Source: Xanthobacteraceae bacterium (lineage in GTDB: Bacteria; Pseudomonadota; Alphaproteobacteria; Rhizobiales; Xanthobacteraceae). From it: 64,000 nt of DNA. The DNA is taken from assembly GCA_022844485.1 (NCBI GenBank), contig JALHLQ010000003.1:41921-105920 (forward strand). The letters are read 5' to 3'. This document shows positions 17,586 to 26,233 of this stretch, in pieces (position 1 is the stretch's first letter; every line of letters starts with the position of its first letter). Position numbers and translations under genes: made by a program. Below the pieces are notes generated by a model. It did not search any database and was not told the origin of the DNA. It was given only the letters and a program-made list of their open reading frames with translations.

Positions 17586-19337
17586 ATGGAATTTTGCGAG
17601 TCGTTCCTCAAGAGGCGAACAGGCCCGATGCTAGAGGCGAGAAACAGCGACTTCGCTCGGCATGCGTCGTCTACTCCGGCGGATTCGGGGCTTTCTGGCG
17701 ATCCCTCGGCGGTTCCGCTGCAGCTTTCGAGCCTATGGCGACATAAGGGAACAATCGGTTTGATTGTCCTCGCCTCGGTCATTCTGGGGTTTCTGATCTC
17801 GTCCGTACGGCCGGCGAACTACACGGCCGTTGCTCGCCTGCTGATCGACAACCGCCAACTCCAGCTGTCGCAAAAGGACGTCGTCTATGCCCAGTCGGCG
17901 GTCGACCTCCCGTTTGTTCAGAACCAGCTTGAGCTCCTCAGGTCGGAAAAAGTGGCTCTGAAGGTGATCGACGATCTCAAACTGGCGGCCGATGAGGAGT
18001 TTGCGGGCGCGCGCGGCCTGCTTGGTTTCGGACCTGTCGGCGTTGGCGAGCGTGGTGTGGAAGCGGACAGTTCCGAATCGGCGCGCGAGGCGGAAGTGCT
18101 GAAGCGCCGCCTTGCGCTACAGCACCTGCAACAGAACGTGTCGATCGGACGCGTGGGAGAGAGCTACACGCTCGAGGTGCGCTTCACGGCGCGCACCCCC
18201 AAGAAGGCCGCCGCTGTCGCCAACGGGATCGTGAACTCCTACATGCAGGATCTCATTGCCGCCAACAATGAGAAAGCCCAGAGCGCGACGGCCTGGCTGC
18301 GCGACCGGCTGCGGGAACTCGGACCCAATGCGCGGGTGATCACCGAAGCGGCGCCGCCGGTGCGCCCCGATGGACCGGGAACGACGAGCATTCTCGCCGC
18401 ATCCGCCATTCTTGGAATGATGTTAGGAGCGGCATGGGCCTTTGCCCGGGATCTGCTGGACCGGAGCATACGGACGCCGGGCGCTGCGGCCGCGCTGATC
18501 GGTGCGGAATGTTTCGGCCTGTTGCCGAAGGTCTCGCGGCAGGGCAAGTGGGCAGGCTTCGCCAAGCGCCATTCGGCAAATCGTCCGGCACGGACCTTCC
18601 ATCTCCTCGAAGCGCCATTGGCCATCGGCGTTTCACAGCCGCTTTCCCTGTTTTCGCAAACCATGACGCGGCTGCGGACGTCGCTGGTGCGGGAACAAGG
18701 CGGCCTGGTTAGGGCGATAGGGGTCACATCGGCTCTTCCCGGCGAAGGCAAAACCACATTGGCCGTCAACCTGGCTCTCTCGCTGGTTCACGCAGGCAAG
18801 CGCGTCCTGCTCGTGGATTCCGCGAGCTATGAACCCGACCTGTCACGCATCTTCGCCCGTGAGGCGAAAGCCGGGCTGTTAGACATCTTGCAGGGTTCCG
18901 TCGACATGAGCGAAGCCGTGTGGCGCGACCTCGACACCTCTCTGCACTTTCTCCCGCTCGGGCGGCAACCGCGCCCGGGACACGAAATTTGGTCGGAGCG
19001 CTTCGAGACCTTCCTGGAACAGGCCTTTGCAAGCTACGATTTCCTCGTCTTTGACCTTCCCCCGCTCGCGCCGGTATCGGACGTCCGCGCAGCCGCGCAC
19101 AGCCTGGATGCGCTGCTGCTCGTCATCGAGTGGGGCCACACGCCGGCGCCCACCATCGATGCCGGCCTTGCCATGTCCGGTCCCGCTAAGTCGAAGCTCG
19201 CGGGATCGGTCTTGAACAAAGCCGCTGTCAAGCTGCTGGTCCAAGACGCAGTTCGGCACGGATGGTTTGGCCGGAAGCGACGATATTCGGATCATGCCGG
19301 TGTCGCTGCAAGCGACCGGAAAGGCGCCGGAGAGTGA
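17586..19337 (+). CDS. Polysaccharide co-polymerase with C-terminal P-loop (ExoP/Wzc/GumC-type chain-length determinant and BY-kinase-like domain)
   Basis: Wzz-type N-terminal TM helix, a coiled-coil periplasmic region and a second TM helix. Walker A SALPGEGKTTLAVNLA, A' VLLVDSA and B YDFLVFDLPP. Start is ATG 17586 or ATG 17628. Confidence 0.85.
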   Translation: MEFCESFLKRRTGPMLEARNSDFARHASSTPADSGLSGDPSAVPLQLSSLWRHKGTIGLIVLASVILGFLISSVRPANYTAVARLLIDNRQLQLSQKDVVYAQSAVDLPFVQNQLELLRSEKVALKVIDDLKLAADEEFAGARGLLGFGPVGVGERGVEADSSESAREAEVLKRRLALQHLQQNVSIGRVGESYTLEVRFTARTPKKAAAVANGIVNSYMQDLIAANNEKAQSATAWLRDRLRELGPNARVITEAAPPVRPDGPGTTSILAASAILGMMLGAAWAFARDLLDRSIRTPGAAAALIGAECFGLLPKVSRQGKWAGFAKRHSANRPARTFHLLEAPLAIGVSQPLSLFSQTMTRLRTSLVREQGGLVRAIGVTSALPGEGKTTLAVNLALSLVHAGKRVLLVDSASYEPDLSRIFAREAKAGLLDILQGSVDMSEAVWRDLDTSLHFLPLGRQPRPGHEIWSERFETFLEQAFASYDFLVFDLPPLAPVSDVRAAAHSLDALLLVIEWGHTPAPTIDAGLAMSGPAKSKLAGSVLNKAAVKLLVQDAVRHGWFGRKRRYSDHAGVAASDRKGAGE

Positions 19338-19338
19338 C

Positions 19339-19593
19339 ATGCGCAGACTTTCTCTGCTGTCCTGCTGGGTCCTGTGTGTTTTCATTGCAGCGCTGATGCC
19401 GACCGGCGGCTGATCGCCGAGATCGAGGATCGCGCAAGCATCGCCTTTCCGCCCGAACTCAGGGCGCGGCAATCTGAGACCGCGGTGGCTGAGCTTTTCC
19501 GAGAGCAGAATCTTTTGTTGGAAACAAACCGAAACGCGATCGCCGCCAGCAAGAGCTCGCGATCGCCGCCAGCAAGAGCTTTCGTGAGCAGAT
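19339..19593 (+). pseudogene. Remnant of the exoF/wza-like export gene (5' 70 nt fused to an internal segment)
   Basis: 19339-19408 matches 21166-21235 and encodes MRRLSLLSCWVLCVFIAALMPTG. It then jumps to the sequence homologous to 21687-21851, with a TGA at 19411. It also contains a roughly 23-nt internal tandem duplication (gcgatcgccgccagcaagagct twice). Confidence 0.75.
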
Positions 19594-19740
19594 GATGCAT
19601 TGTGGTGCGACCATCGAACTGCCCCATCGGCTCCCGTCGTCGACGGCAGTGGAGTAACGGGATGAGCCTTCACGCGCCGGACTCCGGCTTGCGACGCACG
19701 CTTTATCTTATTCGGCGGGGATCAACGGACGGACCAACGC

Positions 19741-20640
19741 CTATTCAACAGGGAGGCGCGGGCGTCGGACCGGATCGGCGGGTGCGACGCTTTCGCCTGC
19801 AGCGCCGACAACCTTCTGCAGCCAAGGAAACCTGAACAGCGCATGCTGCACCGCGTGCCGCAGTTCCATCCGAAGGAGGGCGCGACGAAAACCGGCGCCT
19901 GGAGGAACGAAGATGCGCTTGCGGATCTGCGCGACGTAGGGGTGGGCTGCGAACCAGCGGCCCAGGAAGCTCGGCTGCCGGGCCGAAAAATTGCGGTGGT
20001 AGTACAGGTAGTCGTGGTCTTCCCGCTCCATCAGGAACTCCGGAACTTGAAGGATGTCCCCCCGGGTCAGAATCAGCGCCAAGACGACATAATCGAAGCC
20101 GTAGACATCGATGTCGTCGGGAAAGCTCTGTCTGAGAGGCTCGGTTCGAAACACCGAGTAGAGCCACGAGGCTTCCGACGGCCTTTCCAGGAACGAAACC
20201 AGCCGGTGGGGCATTGTACCTTTGAGGGGCGAAGTTCCGCGGGCCGACCGTCGTCGCCCCTCTGGCGAAATCATGACCACACCGGAAATGCTGCCGACCG
20301 CGTTAGGATTTCCGGCAAGCGAAGCGAGGTTCCGTTCGACGAATGTCGGGGACCACTGATCGTCATGGCAAGCCCACATGAAGAAAGGCGTAACGGCCTC
20401 ATTGAGGACGAAACGAAAGTTCCCGCAGATGCCGAGATTCTGCCGTTGCCTGAATACGGTGATCCGACTGTCTTGGGCCGCGAATTCCTGGCAAGCGTCG
20501 ACGGTGCGGTCGGTCGAGCAATTGTCAGATATGAGGATTCGGATGTCGCGATGAGTTTGCGCAATGAGCGAGGAAAGCGCAACGTGGATCTGCTTGGCGC
20601 CGTTCCGGACGGGCATGCCGATCGTGACTGCTTGACTCAT
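19741..20640 (-). CDS. Glycosyltransferase family 2
   Basis: ATG at 20640. N-terminal GT-A motifs VTIGMPVRNGAKQIHVALSSLIAQTHRDIRILISDNCSTDRT and CHDDQW (DxD-like). Confidence 0.85.
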   Translation of the reverse strand: MSQAVTIGMPVRNGAKQIHVALSSLIAQTHRDIRILISDNCSTDRTVDACQEFAAQDSRITVFRQRQNLGICGNFRFVLNEAVTPFFMWACHDDQWSPTFVERNLASLAGNPNAVGSISGVVMISPEGRRRSARGTSPLKGTMPHRLVSFLERPSEASWLYSVFRTEPLRQSFPDDIDVYGFDYVVLALILTRGDILQVPEFLMEREDHDYLYYHRNFSARQPSFLGRWFAAHPYVAQIRKRIFVPPGAGFRRALLRMELRHAVQHALFRFPWLQKVVGAAGESVAPADPVRRPRLPVE

Positions 20641-20901
20641 GCACCGGTCTCATCCCGGAAGAACATCATCCGGGCTCTGCGCAACCGACGGAGCTCCTCC
20701 GATCTCAGGCTAACAGAAGGACAAGAATCGTGCAAAGCGCTCGCGCCCGGTTCCTCTCCTTCCGCCCTGCTGACGAGTAGTGCGCAAGCGACTGATTGTC
20801 GGTCACGCTCGAGCTTCCGGCCTTCCATGGTCGGAAGACGGTTGCTGAAGCCGTTCGAACGGAGACGTCGGGCGCCATGCTAGAGTCACAGAAGCATGCG
20901 T

Positions 20902-21164
20902 TATCCGACGTCCGCGCGGCCGCGCACAGCCTGAATGCGCTGCTGCTCGTCATCGGGTGGGGCCACACACCGGCGCCCACCATCGATGCCGGCCTTGCCA
21001 TGTCCGGTCCCGCTAAGTCGAAGCTCGCGGGATCGGTCTTGAACAAAGCCGCTGTCCAACTGCTGGATCGGGACGCAGCTCGGCGCGGATGGTTTGGCCG
21101 GAAGCGACGATATTCGGATCATGCCGGTGTCGCTGCAAGCGACCGGAAAGACGCCGGAGAGTGA
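20902..21164 (+). pseudogene. Orphan 3' fragment of the exoP-like gene
   Basis: 20902-21164 is about 95% identical to 19075-19337 and encodes ...LSDVRAAAHSLNALLLVIGWGHTPAP...SDRKDAGE*. It lacks the 5' 1.5 kb of the gene. Confidence 0.75.
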
Positions 21165-21165
21165 C

Positions 21166-22455
21166 ATGCGCAGACTTTCCCTGCTGTCCTGCTGGGTCCT
21201 GTGTGTTTTCATTGCAGCGCTGATGCCGACCGGCGCCGTGGCAAACTACAAGCTCGGTCCCGATGACCGGCTGATGGTGCGCGTTTCGGAATGGCCGGAT
21301 CTGACCGGCGAATTTTCCATCGGCGCCGATGGAAGAATTTCCCTCCCAATTGTCGGCGATGTCCCCGCATCGGGCCTGCAGCTCGGTGAACTTTCAAGCG
21401 CCATCGCCGAGGCGTTGCAGCAGCGGGCGAATTTGCGGACGTTGCCGAGCGTGATCTTAGAAATGAGACAATACCGGCCCTTCTACATCTTGGGCGACGT
21501 GCAGCGGCCGGGAGAATACCCGTTCCGACCAGGACTCACGGCGCTGCAGGCCGTGAGCATTGCGGGCGGCTATTTCCGATTCAGCGATCCCGGCCTGCTT
21601 CGGCTCGAACGCGACGTCTTGGCGGGTCGCGGTCAGCTTCGCGCGCTGGCGCTCAAGGCGGACCAGCTTGCGGCTCGTCGAGCGCGGCTGATCGCCGAGA
21701 TCGAGGATCGCGCAAGCATCGCCTTTCCGCCCGAACTCAGCGCGCGGCAATCCGAGACCGCGGTGGCTGAGCTTTTCCGAGAGCAGAATCTTTTGTTGGA
21801 AACCCACCGAAACGCGATCGCCGCCGCCAGCAAGAGCTTTCGTGAGCAGATCAAGCTTTTCGAAGACGAGATTGCCTCATTGAGGCTGCAGATCGAGACG
21901 GAGAAGCGTCAGCTGCGAGCCGTCCAGAAGGAAACGGACGATATGCAATCCCTTGCTTCGCGCGGGCTCGCGCAAACGTCCCGCCTGGTGCTGCTCGAGC
22001 GAACGGTGGCACAGATCATCGGGCAACAGCAGGCGCTGGAGACGACGATCGTGCGGGCGCGCCAGAACATCAGCCAGACGGAGCAGAAGATCAACGATTT
22101 GCGCAGCACGCGTCGCCAGGCGGCCACCGCGGAGTTGGAAAAGACCAATGCTGAATTGAATGACACGCATCAGCAGATTGCCACGGCGGAACAGTTGCTC
22201 GTCGAAGCCGAAGTGACGGCTCCGACCGCCATCGCCGAGCGCTTGCGGAACACGCAGCGGGAGGCAAAAATCTTCGTCACACGAAAGGCGGGAGTCGCAT
22301 CGCAAAGCATCGAAGTGGACGGCTCGGCGTTGGTTGAGCCAGGCGACGTCGTTCGTGTCGACCTTCAGCCCTTGCCGCAGCGGCCGGCCGTACAGAGCTC
22401 GAACGCGCGCCCGTTGTCGGTCACCTCGACGACCGACAGACCCTCGCTGCAATGA
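21166..22455 (+). CDS. Outer-membrane polysaccharide export protein (ExoF/Wza/GumB family) with a long coiled-coil C-terminus
   Basis: ATG at 21166 overlaps the fragment stop (TGACATG). Signal peptide MRRLSLLSCWVLCVFIAALMPTGAVA. Poly_export-type motif YKLGPDDRLMVRV and SLBB-like FYILGDVQRPGEYPF. Confidence 0.85.
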   Translation: MRRLSLLSCWVLCVFIAALMPTGAVANYKLGPDDRLMVRVSEWPDLTGEFSIGADGRISLPIVGDVPASGLQLGELSSAIAEALQQRANLRTLPSVILEMRQYRPFYILGDVQRPGEYPFRPGLTALQAVSIAGGYFRFSDPGLLRLERDVLAGRGQLRALALKADQLAARRARLIAEIEDRASIAFPPELSARQSETAVAELFREQNLLLETHRNAIAAASKSFREQIKLFEDEIASLRLQIETEKRQLRAVQKETDDMQSLASRGLAQTSRLVLLERTVAQIIGQQQALETTIVRARQNISQTEQKINDLRSTRRQAATAELEKTNAELNDTHQQIATAEQLLVEAEVTAPTAIAERLRNTQREAKIFVTRKAGVASQSIEVDGSALVEPGDVVRVDLQPLPQRPAVQSSNARPLSVTSTTDRPSLQ

Positions 22456-22466
22456 CGGCGTCGAAA

Positions 22467-23231
22467 TCAGGATGAAGGACCCTTCCGGCTGACGCGTTCT
22501 TTCATCAAGGCGAGCGCTACCATCAGCGCGTCGATGGTATAACGGCGCCACAAACGCGAAGGCTCGTTGCCCAGGCGGTAGAGCCACTCGAGCCTCGTTT
22601 TGCGAACCCACGCCGGAGCACGCGGGACGGCGCCGGCGACGAAATCGAAAAGCGCGCCGACGCCGATCAGCAGCGGGGCCTGCAGGCGCGCGGCGTGCCG
22701 CAGGATCCAAAGCTCCTGCTTCGGATTGCCAAGCGCGACGAGAACAATGTCCGCGCCGGATTCGTTGATGCGGTCCACTAACTCGGTGGCGAGCGTATCG
22801 GCGATGTAGCCGTGACTGGTCCCGGCTATTCGGACCCGATATTGTGCCGCGAAGGTCGAAGCCGCTTTGGTGACGACCTCGGGCTTTGCTCCGAACAGAA
22901 ACACTTTTGTATGCGGCGGAACGGCGGCGAGGAGCGCGGCCGTGAAGTCGGTTCCGTTGAGATTTTCCGGAAAACGGGCGCCGTGGATCGCCTTTGATAC
23001 GAGATCCAGTCCGACCCCGTCGTTGAAGATGACGAAGTGACGCGAGAGTTCGGCGGCCAAGCCGAGCCGATGGGCCACGCTCAACAGGTTCAGATTGGCG
23101 AAAGCCACGGCGGTCTTCTCCCGCTTCGCCAAGCGTGTCAACAAATATGCCAGCGCGTCCGCGCGCGAGGCTGATGCGACTGCGACGCCGAGAAATTGCC
23201 GCACCGGAAAGCGGGGGTCAGGGGAGAGCAC
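22467..23231 (-). CDS. WecB/TagA/CpsF-family glycosyltransferase (GT26)
   Basis: GTG at 23231 overlaps the upstream GT4 stop by 14 nt. Motifs DGVGLDLVSK, LGNPKQELW and LEWLYRLGNEPSRLWRRY. Confidence 0.85.
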   Translation of the reverse strand: MLSPDPRFPVRQFLGVAVASASRADALAYLLTRLAKREKTAVAFANLNLLSVAHRLGLAAELSRHFVIFNDGVGLDLVSKAIHGARFPENLNGTDFTAALLAAVPPHTKVFLFGAKPEVVTKAASTFAAQYRVRIAGTSHGYIADTLATELVDRINESGADIVLVALGNPKQELWILRHAARLQAPLLIGVGALFDFVAGAVPRAPAWVRKTRLEWLYRLGNEPSRLWRRYTIDALMVALALMKERVSRKGPSS

Positions 23232-24387
23232 GAATCGTTTTCTCGTAACATGCCTCGATCAGCGCTTCGCCGCTGGCCCAGCTCTGGGCATGGGCATAGC
23301 GCGCGGCCGTTTCGCGATCTTGGCTTGTGATCGACTCTCGCCACTCCAGAAACTGCCGGGCTGCGTGTTCCGGCTTGCGGAAATCGACGAGCAGACCGCT
23401 GCGGGAAAGCGTGACCGTTTCGCGGAACGCGGCGTTGTCGTGCACCACCGGCAGCAAGCCGACCGACATGCCTTCCACAATCGACAATCCGTACCCCTCG
23501 TATTCGGAGGCAGATACGATAAAGCCGCTGTCGCGCAGGATGGGCTCGAGTTCTTCACGGGAGAGATAGCCGTGAAAGCGGACGATGCTCAGCACCGTGC
23601 CTTCGAGCGAACGGCTCAAGCCGGGCCAGCGACCATCGGGATCGCTGCCCACGATATGTAATCGGCAGCGCGGATCGCGCGCGGCTACCGTGGCGGCAAA
23701 CTGCAGTAAATCCTCCAGCCGCTTGTTCTCGGCGATCCGTCCGATATAGAGCAGATTCCGGCCCTCGGAGATGAAAGTCCCGAGCGGAACGATGGGGTTT
23801 CGGAGAAGAACAGGTTCCAGCCCGATGCTCCGCACGATCCGCCGGTCGTTCTCGCTGACGGCAAAGATCGCCGCGCTTTGACCGAGGCTGCGGCGTGTGA
23901 GGGCCCGCAGGTAAATGCGTTTGACCGTTCGGAATCGGCTGGTGTGGAAAAAAAGGCCATGCGTCGTCACCACGAAGGCAAACCCGAACAGGCGCCTGAA
24001 CACCGCGATCAAGTCGAGAAGCTGATCGGTTCCATGCACGTGCAGGATGGCGAAGCGCCGCAGAAGGCGCGGCGAAAGGAAGGGAATAAAGAAGCGCCGG
24101 GAACCTACAAAGCCGATTCGGATTATTAGTACTCTGCCTTGCCGTTCGAGTGCGGGAAGTCGCCTGCGTGAGCCGAAAACCCGGTTGAGCGTTAAAATGT
24201 ACACGCGGTCTCGTCGGGTTTGCCGTGTCGCGAGCTCATGCACATAGGCTTCCAGCCCTCCGATGGACGGAAAGTACTGCCTGACGACATGCGCGACTTT
24301 GCGCCGAAACCTCGCTGCGTCGGACCCCGCTTCGTCTGCCTGAGGACCGCCTGCCGCGGTTTCAGAAAGCGATGACAGAGACTGCAC
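23218..24387 (-). CDS. Glycosyltransferase family 4 (GT-B)
   Basis: VAHVVRQYFPSIGGLEAYVHEL at the N-terminus and EGYGLSIVEGMSVGLLPV (EX7E) near the C-terminus. The start is uncertain (GTG 24387). Confidence 0.8.
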   Translation of the reverse strand: MQSLSSLSETAAGGPQADEAGSDAARFRRKVAHVVRQYFPSIGGLEAYVHELATRQTRRDRVYILTLNRVFGSRRRLPALERQGRVLIIRIGFVGSRRFFIPFLSPRLLRRFAILHVHGTDQLLDLIAVFRRLFGFAFVVTTHGLFFHTSRFRTVKRIYLRALTRRSLGQSAAIFAVSENDRRIVRSIGLEPVLLRNPIVPLGTFISEGRNLLYIGRIAENKRLEDLLQFAATVAARDPRCRLHIVGSDPDGRWPGLSRSLEGTVLSIVRFHGYLSREELEPILRDSGFIVSASEYEGYGLSIVEGMSVGLLPVVHDNAAFRETVTLSRSGLLVDFRKPEHAARQFLEWRESITSQDRETAARYAHAQSWASGEALIEACYEKTIRALP

Positions 24388-24492
24388 GAGAGCGCCCTTG
24401 CAAATTCCAGCCCCGGTTGATCGACAGAGACAAAACTAGAGGACGCTGCCGGTTCCCACAACAGTGCGCCGCGTCGCACGGAAGCGCTTCAC

Positions 24493-26064
24493 TTGCAAAA
24501 TACCGCACAACCTGTCTTTCAAGACGGCGCGGAGGCTCAGTCGTTGACTGAACCTGAAAATCGGCCCGTAGACAGTCTACGCTCTCGCGCAATCAGCGGC
24601 GCCATCTATATGAGCTTGGGACAGTTGTCTAAAGCTGTCCTGCACTTTGCGTCGATTGTTATTTTGGCGCGACTGTTGACACCGGCGGACTTCGGCGTCT
24701 TCGCGATGGCCGCGCCGGTTCTCGTCCTTGCCACCTTCCTCGGCGAAGCCGGGCTGGGGGCGGCCGTCATTCAGCGGAGTTCGCTCAACACCGCGGAACT
24801 CAACACGATCTTCTGGGTCAACGCTGGCTTGGGCATACTGGCCGCTCTCATCCTTGTCGCTGTCGCGCCGAGCATCGCGTCGTTTTACCGGGAAGAGCGG
24901 GTGGAAGCCATGATCGCGGCCAGCGGCGTCATTGTGATGCTCGTCGCCCTCTCTGCTTCGCATTTGGCGCTCCTGAACCGCAAGATGCATTACCGGAGCA
25001 TCGCGCTGATCGACGCGCTCTCTCTGTTGGTCGGGACGGCGCTCGCGGTCGGCGTCGCAATCGTCTGGCGCACCTACTGGGCGCTTTGGCTGCTGCCCTT
25101 TGGGACGCATCTGTCTACCCTGGCGCTCGGCTATTGGCACTCGCAGTGGCGCCCAGGGCGATGGGCCACCCTGTTGGAGGTTCGCGATATGCTGCATTTC
25201 GGAAAGAACGTTTTGGCAGCGCGCCTGGCGGATTATCTCTGCCGGAACGTGGACAAGGTTCTGATCGGCCGAGGCTGGGGAACCGTTGAGCTCGGCCTCT
25301 ATGATCGCGCCTACAAGATCGTTCTTCTCCCGCTTCTTTTCGTCAATGTCCCGCTCGAGCGGCTGACCTTGCCCATGTTGTCTGGGACGCGCGACGATCC
25401 TGACAAGTATCGGCGAATCTATTCGACGGGGCTGCAGTTCGCGCTGCTTGTGACGATGCCGCTGATCATGGTCGTCATCGTCGCGCCCGAGCCTGTGGTG
25501 GCTGTCATCCTCGGCCGCGATTGGCTCGCGAGCTCTCCCATGTTCCGGTGGCTCGCGGTTGCATGCTTGTTGCAGCTCGCAGGTCATACGTTGAGCCAGC
25601 TCCTCATAAGCCAGGCGCGAACGCGGGAAATGGCGTTTGCGACCGTGGTCAGCAGTCTCTACACGTCGCTTGCATTCCTTGCCGGCCTGCCTTGGGGTGC
25701 CACCGGAGTAGCCGCCGCATACGCGTTGAGCGAGATTCTGCGGACCCCCGTGCTGTTTTGGTGGGTAAGCCGAAGAGGACCGGTCCGGATTTCCGATCAG
25801 GTCCGCTCGGTGTTGCCCTTTTTGATCAGCGCGGCGCTCTGCGTGCCCGTTATTATGGCGCTTCAGTCACCGCTCGGCTTTTCACCTTTGTTGTTCACCG
25901 GCGCTGCGTCTTTGGCTGCTTTCATCACGACTTTTTTTGGACTGGTGCTCACGCCGTCCGGGCGCAACTGTCTGCGTGAAGGCTACCAGATGGCCCGCTC
26001 CGCACTCTCGTCGACGAATCCGGCCGCTGGCGGGGATGTGAGCCCGCTCGCCACCCTCGAGTAA
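24493..26064 (+). CDS. Polysaccharide flippase (Wzx/MOP superfamily), copy 2
   Basis: TTG at 24493. ISGAIYMSLGQLSKAVLHFASIVILARLLTPADFGVFAMA is the classic Wzx/PssL-type N-terminus. About 12-14 TM helices. Confidence 0.8.
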   Translation: MQNTAQPVFQDGAEAQSLTEPENRPVDSLRSRAISGAIYMSLGQLSKAVLHFASIVILARLLTPADFGVFAMAAPVLVLATFLGEAGLGAAVIQRSSLNTAELNTIFWVNAGLGILAALILVAVAPSIASFYREERVEAMIAASGVIVMLVALSASHLALLNRKMHYRSIALIDALSLLVGTALAVGVAIVWRTYWALWLLPFGTHLSTLALGYWHSQWRPGRWATLLEVRDMLHFGKNVLAARLADYLCRNVDKVLIGRGWGTVELGLYDRAYKIVLLPLLFVNVPLERLTLPMLSGTRDDPDKYRRIYSTGLQFALLVTMPLIMVVIVAPEPVVAVILGRDWLASSPMFRWLAVACLLQLAGHTLSQLLISQARTREMAFATVVSSLYTSLAFLAGLPWGATGVAAAYALSEILRTPVLFWWVSRRGPVRISDQVRSVLPFLISAALCVPVIMALQSPLGFSPLLFTGAASLAAFITTFFGLVLTPSGRNCLREGYQMARSALSSTNPAAGGDVSPLATLE

Positions 26065-26233
26065 GTTGCATGCACAGCAAAGGCCCTCGGCATCGAGCCC
26101 AAACCCGATGCTGGCGCTTGCCGCAGTTTGGAGATTTCGCGCGTTCGTTCGGCGTTTGTTGTTGCACAATGCCGGTGGAGCGCTACCCTTTGGCGATAGC
26201 CCAGTTTCCCCGATTTCCTGCCTAGAGCCTCAC

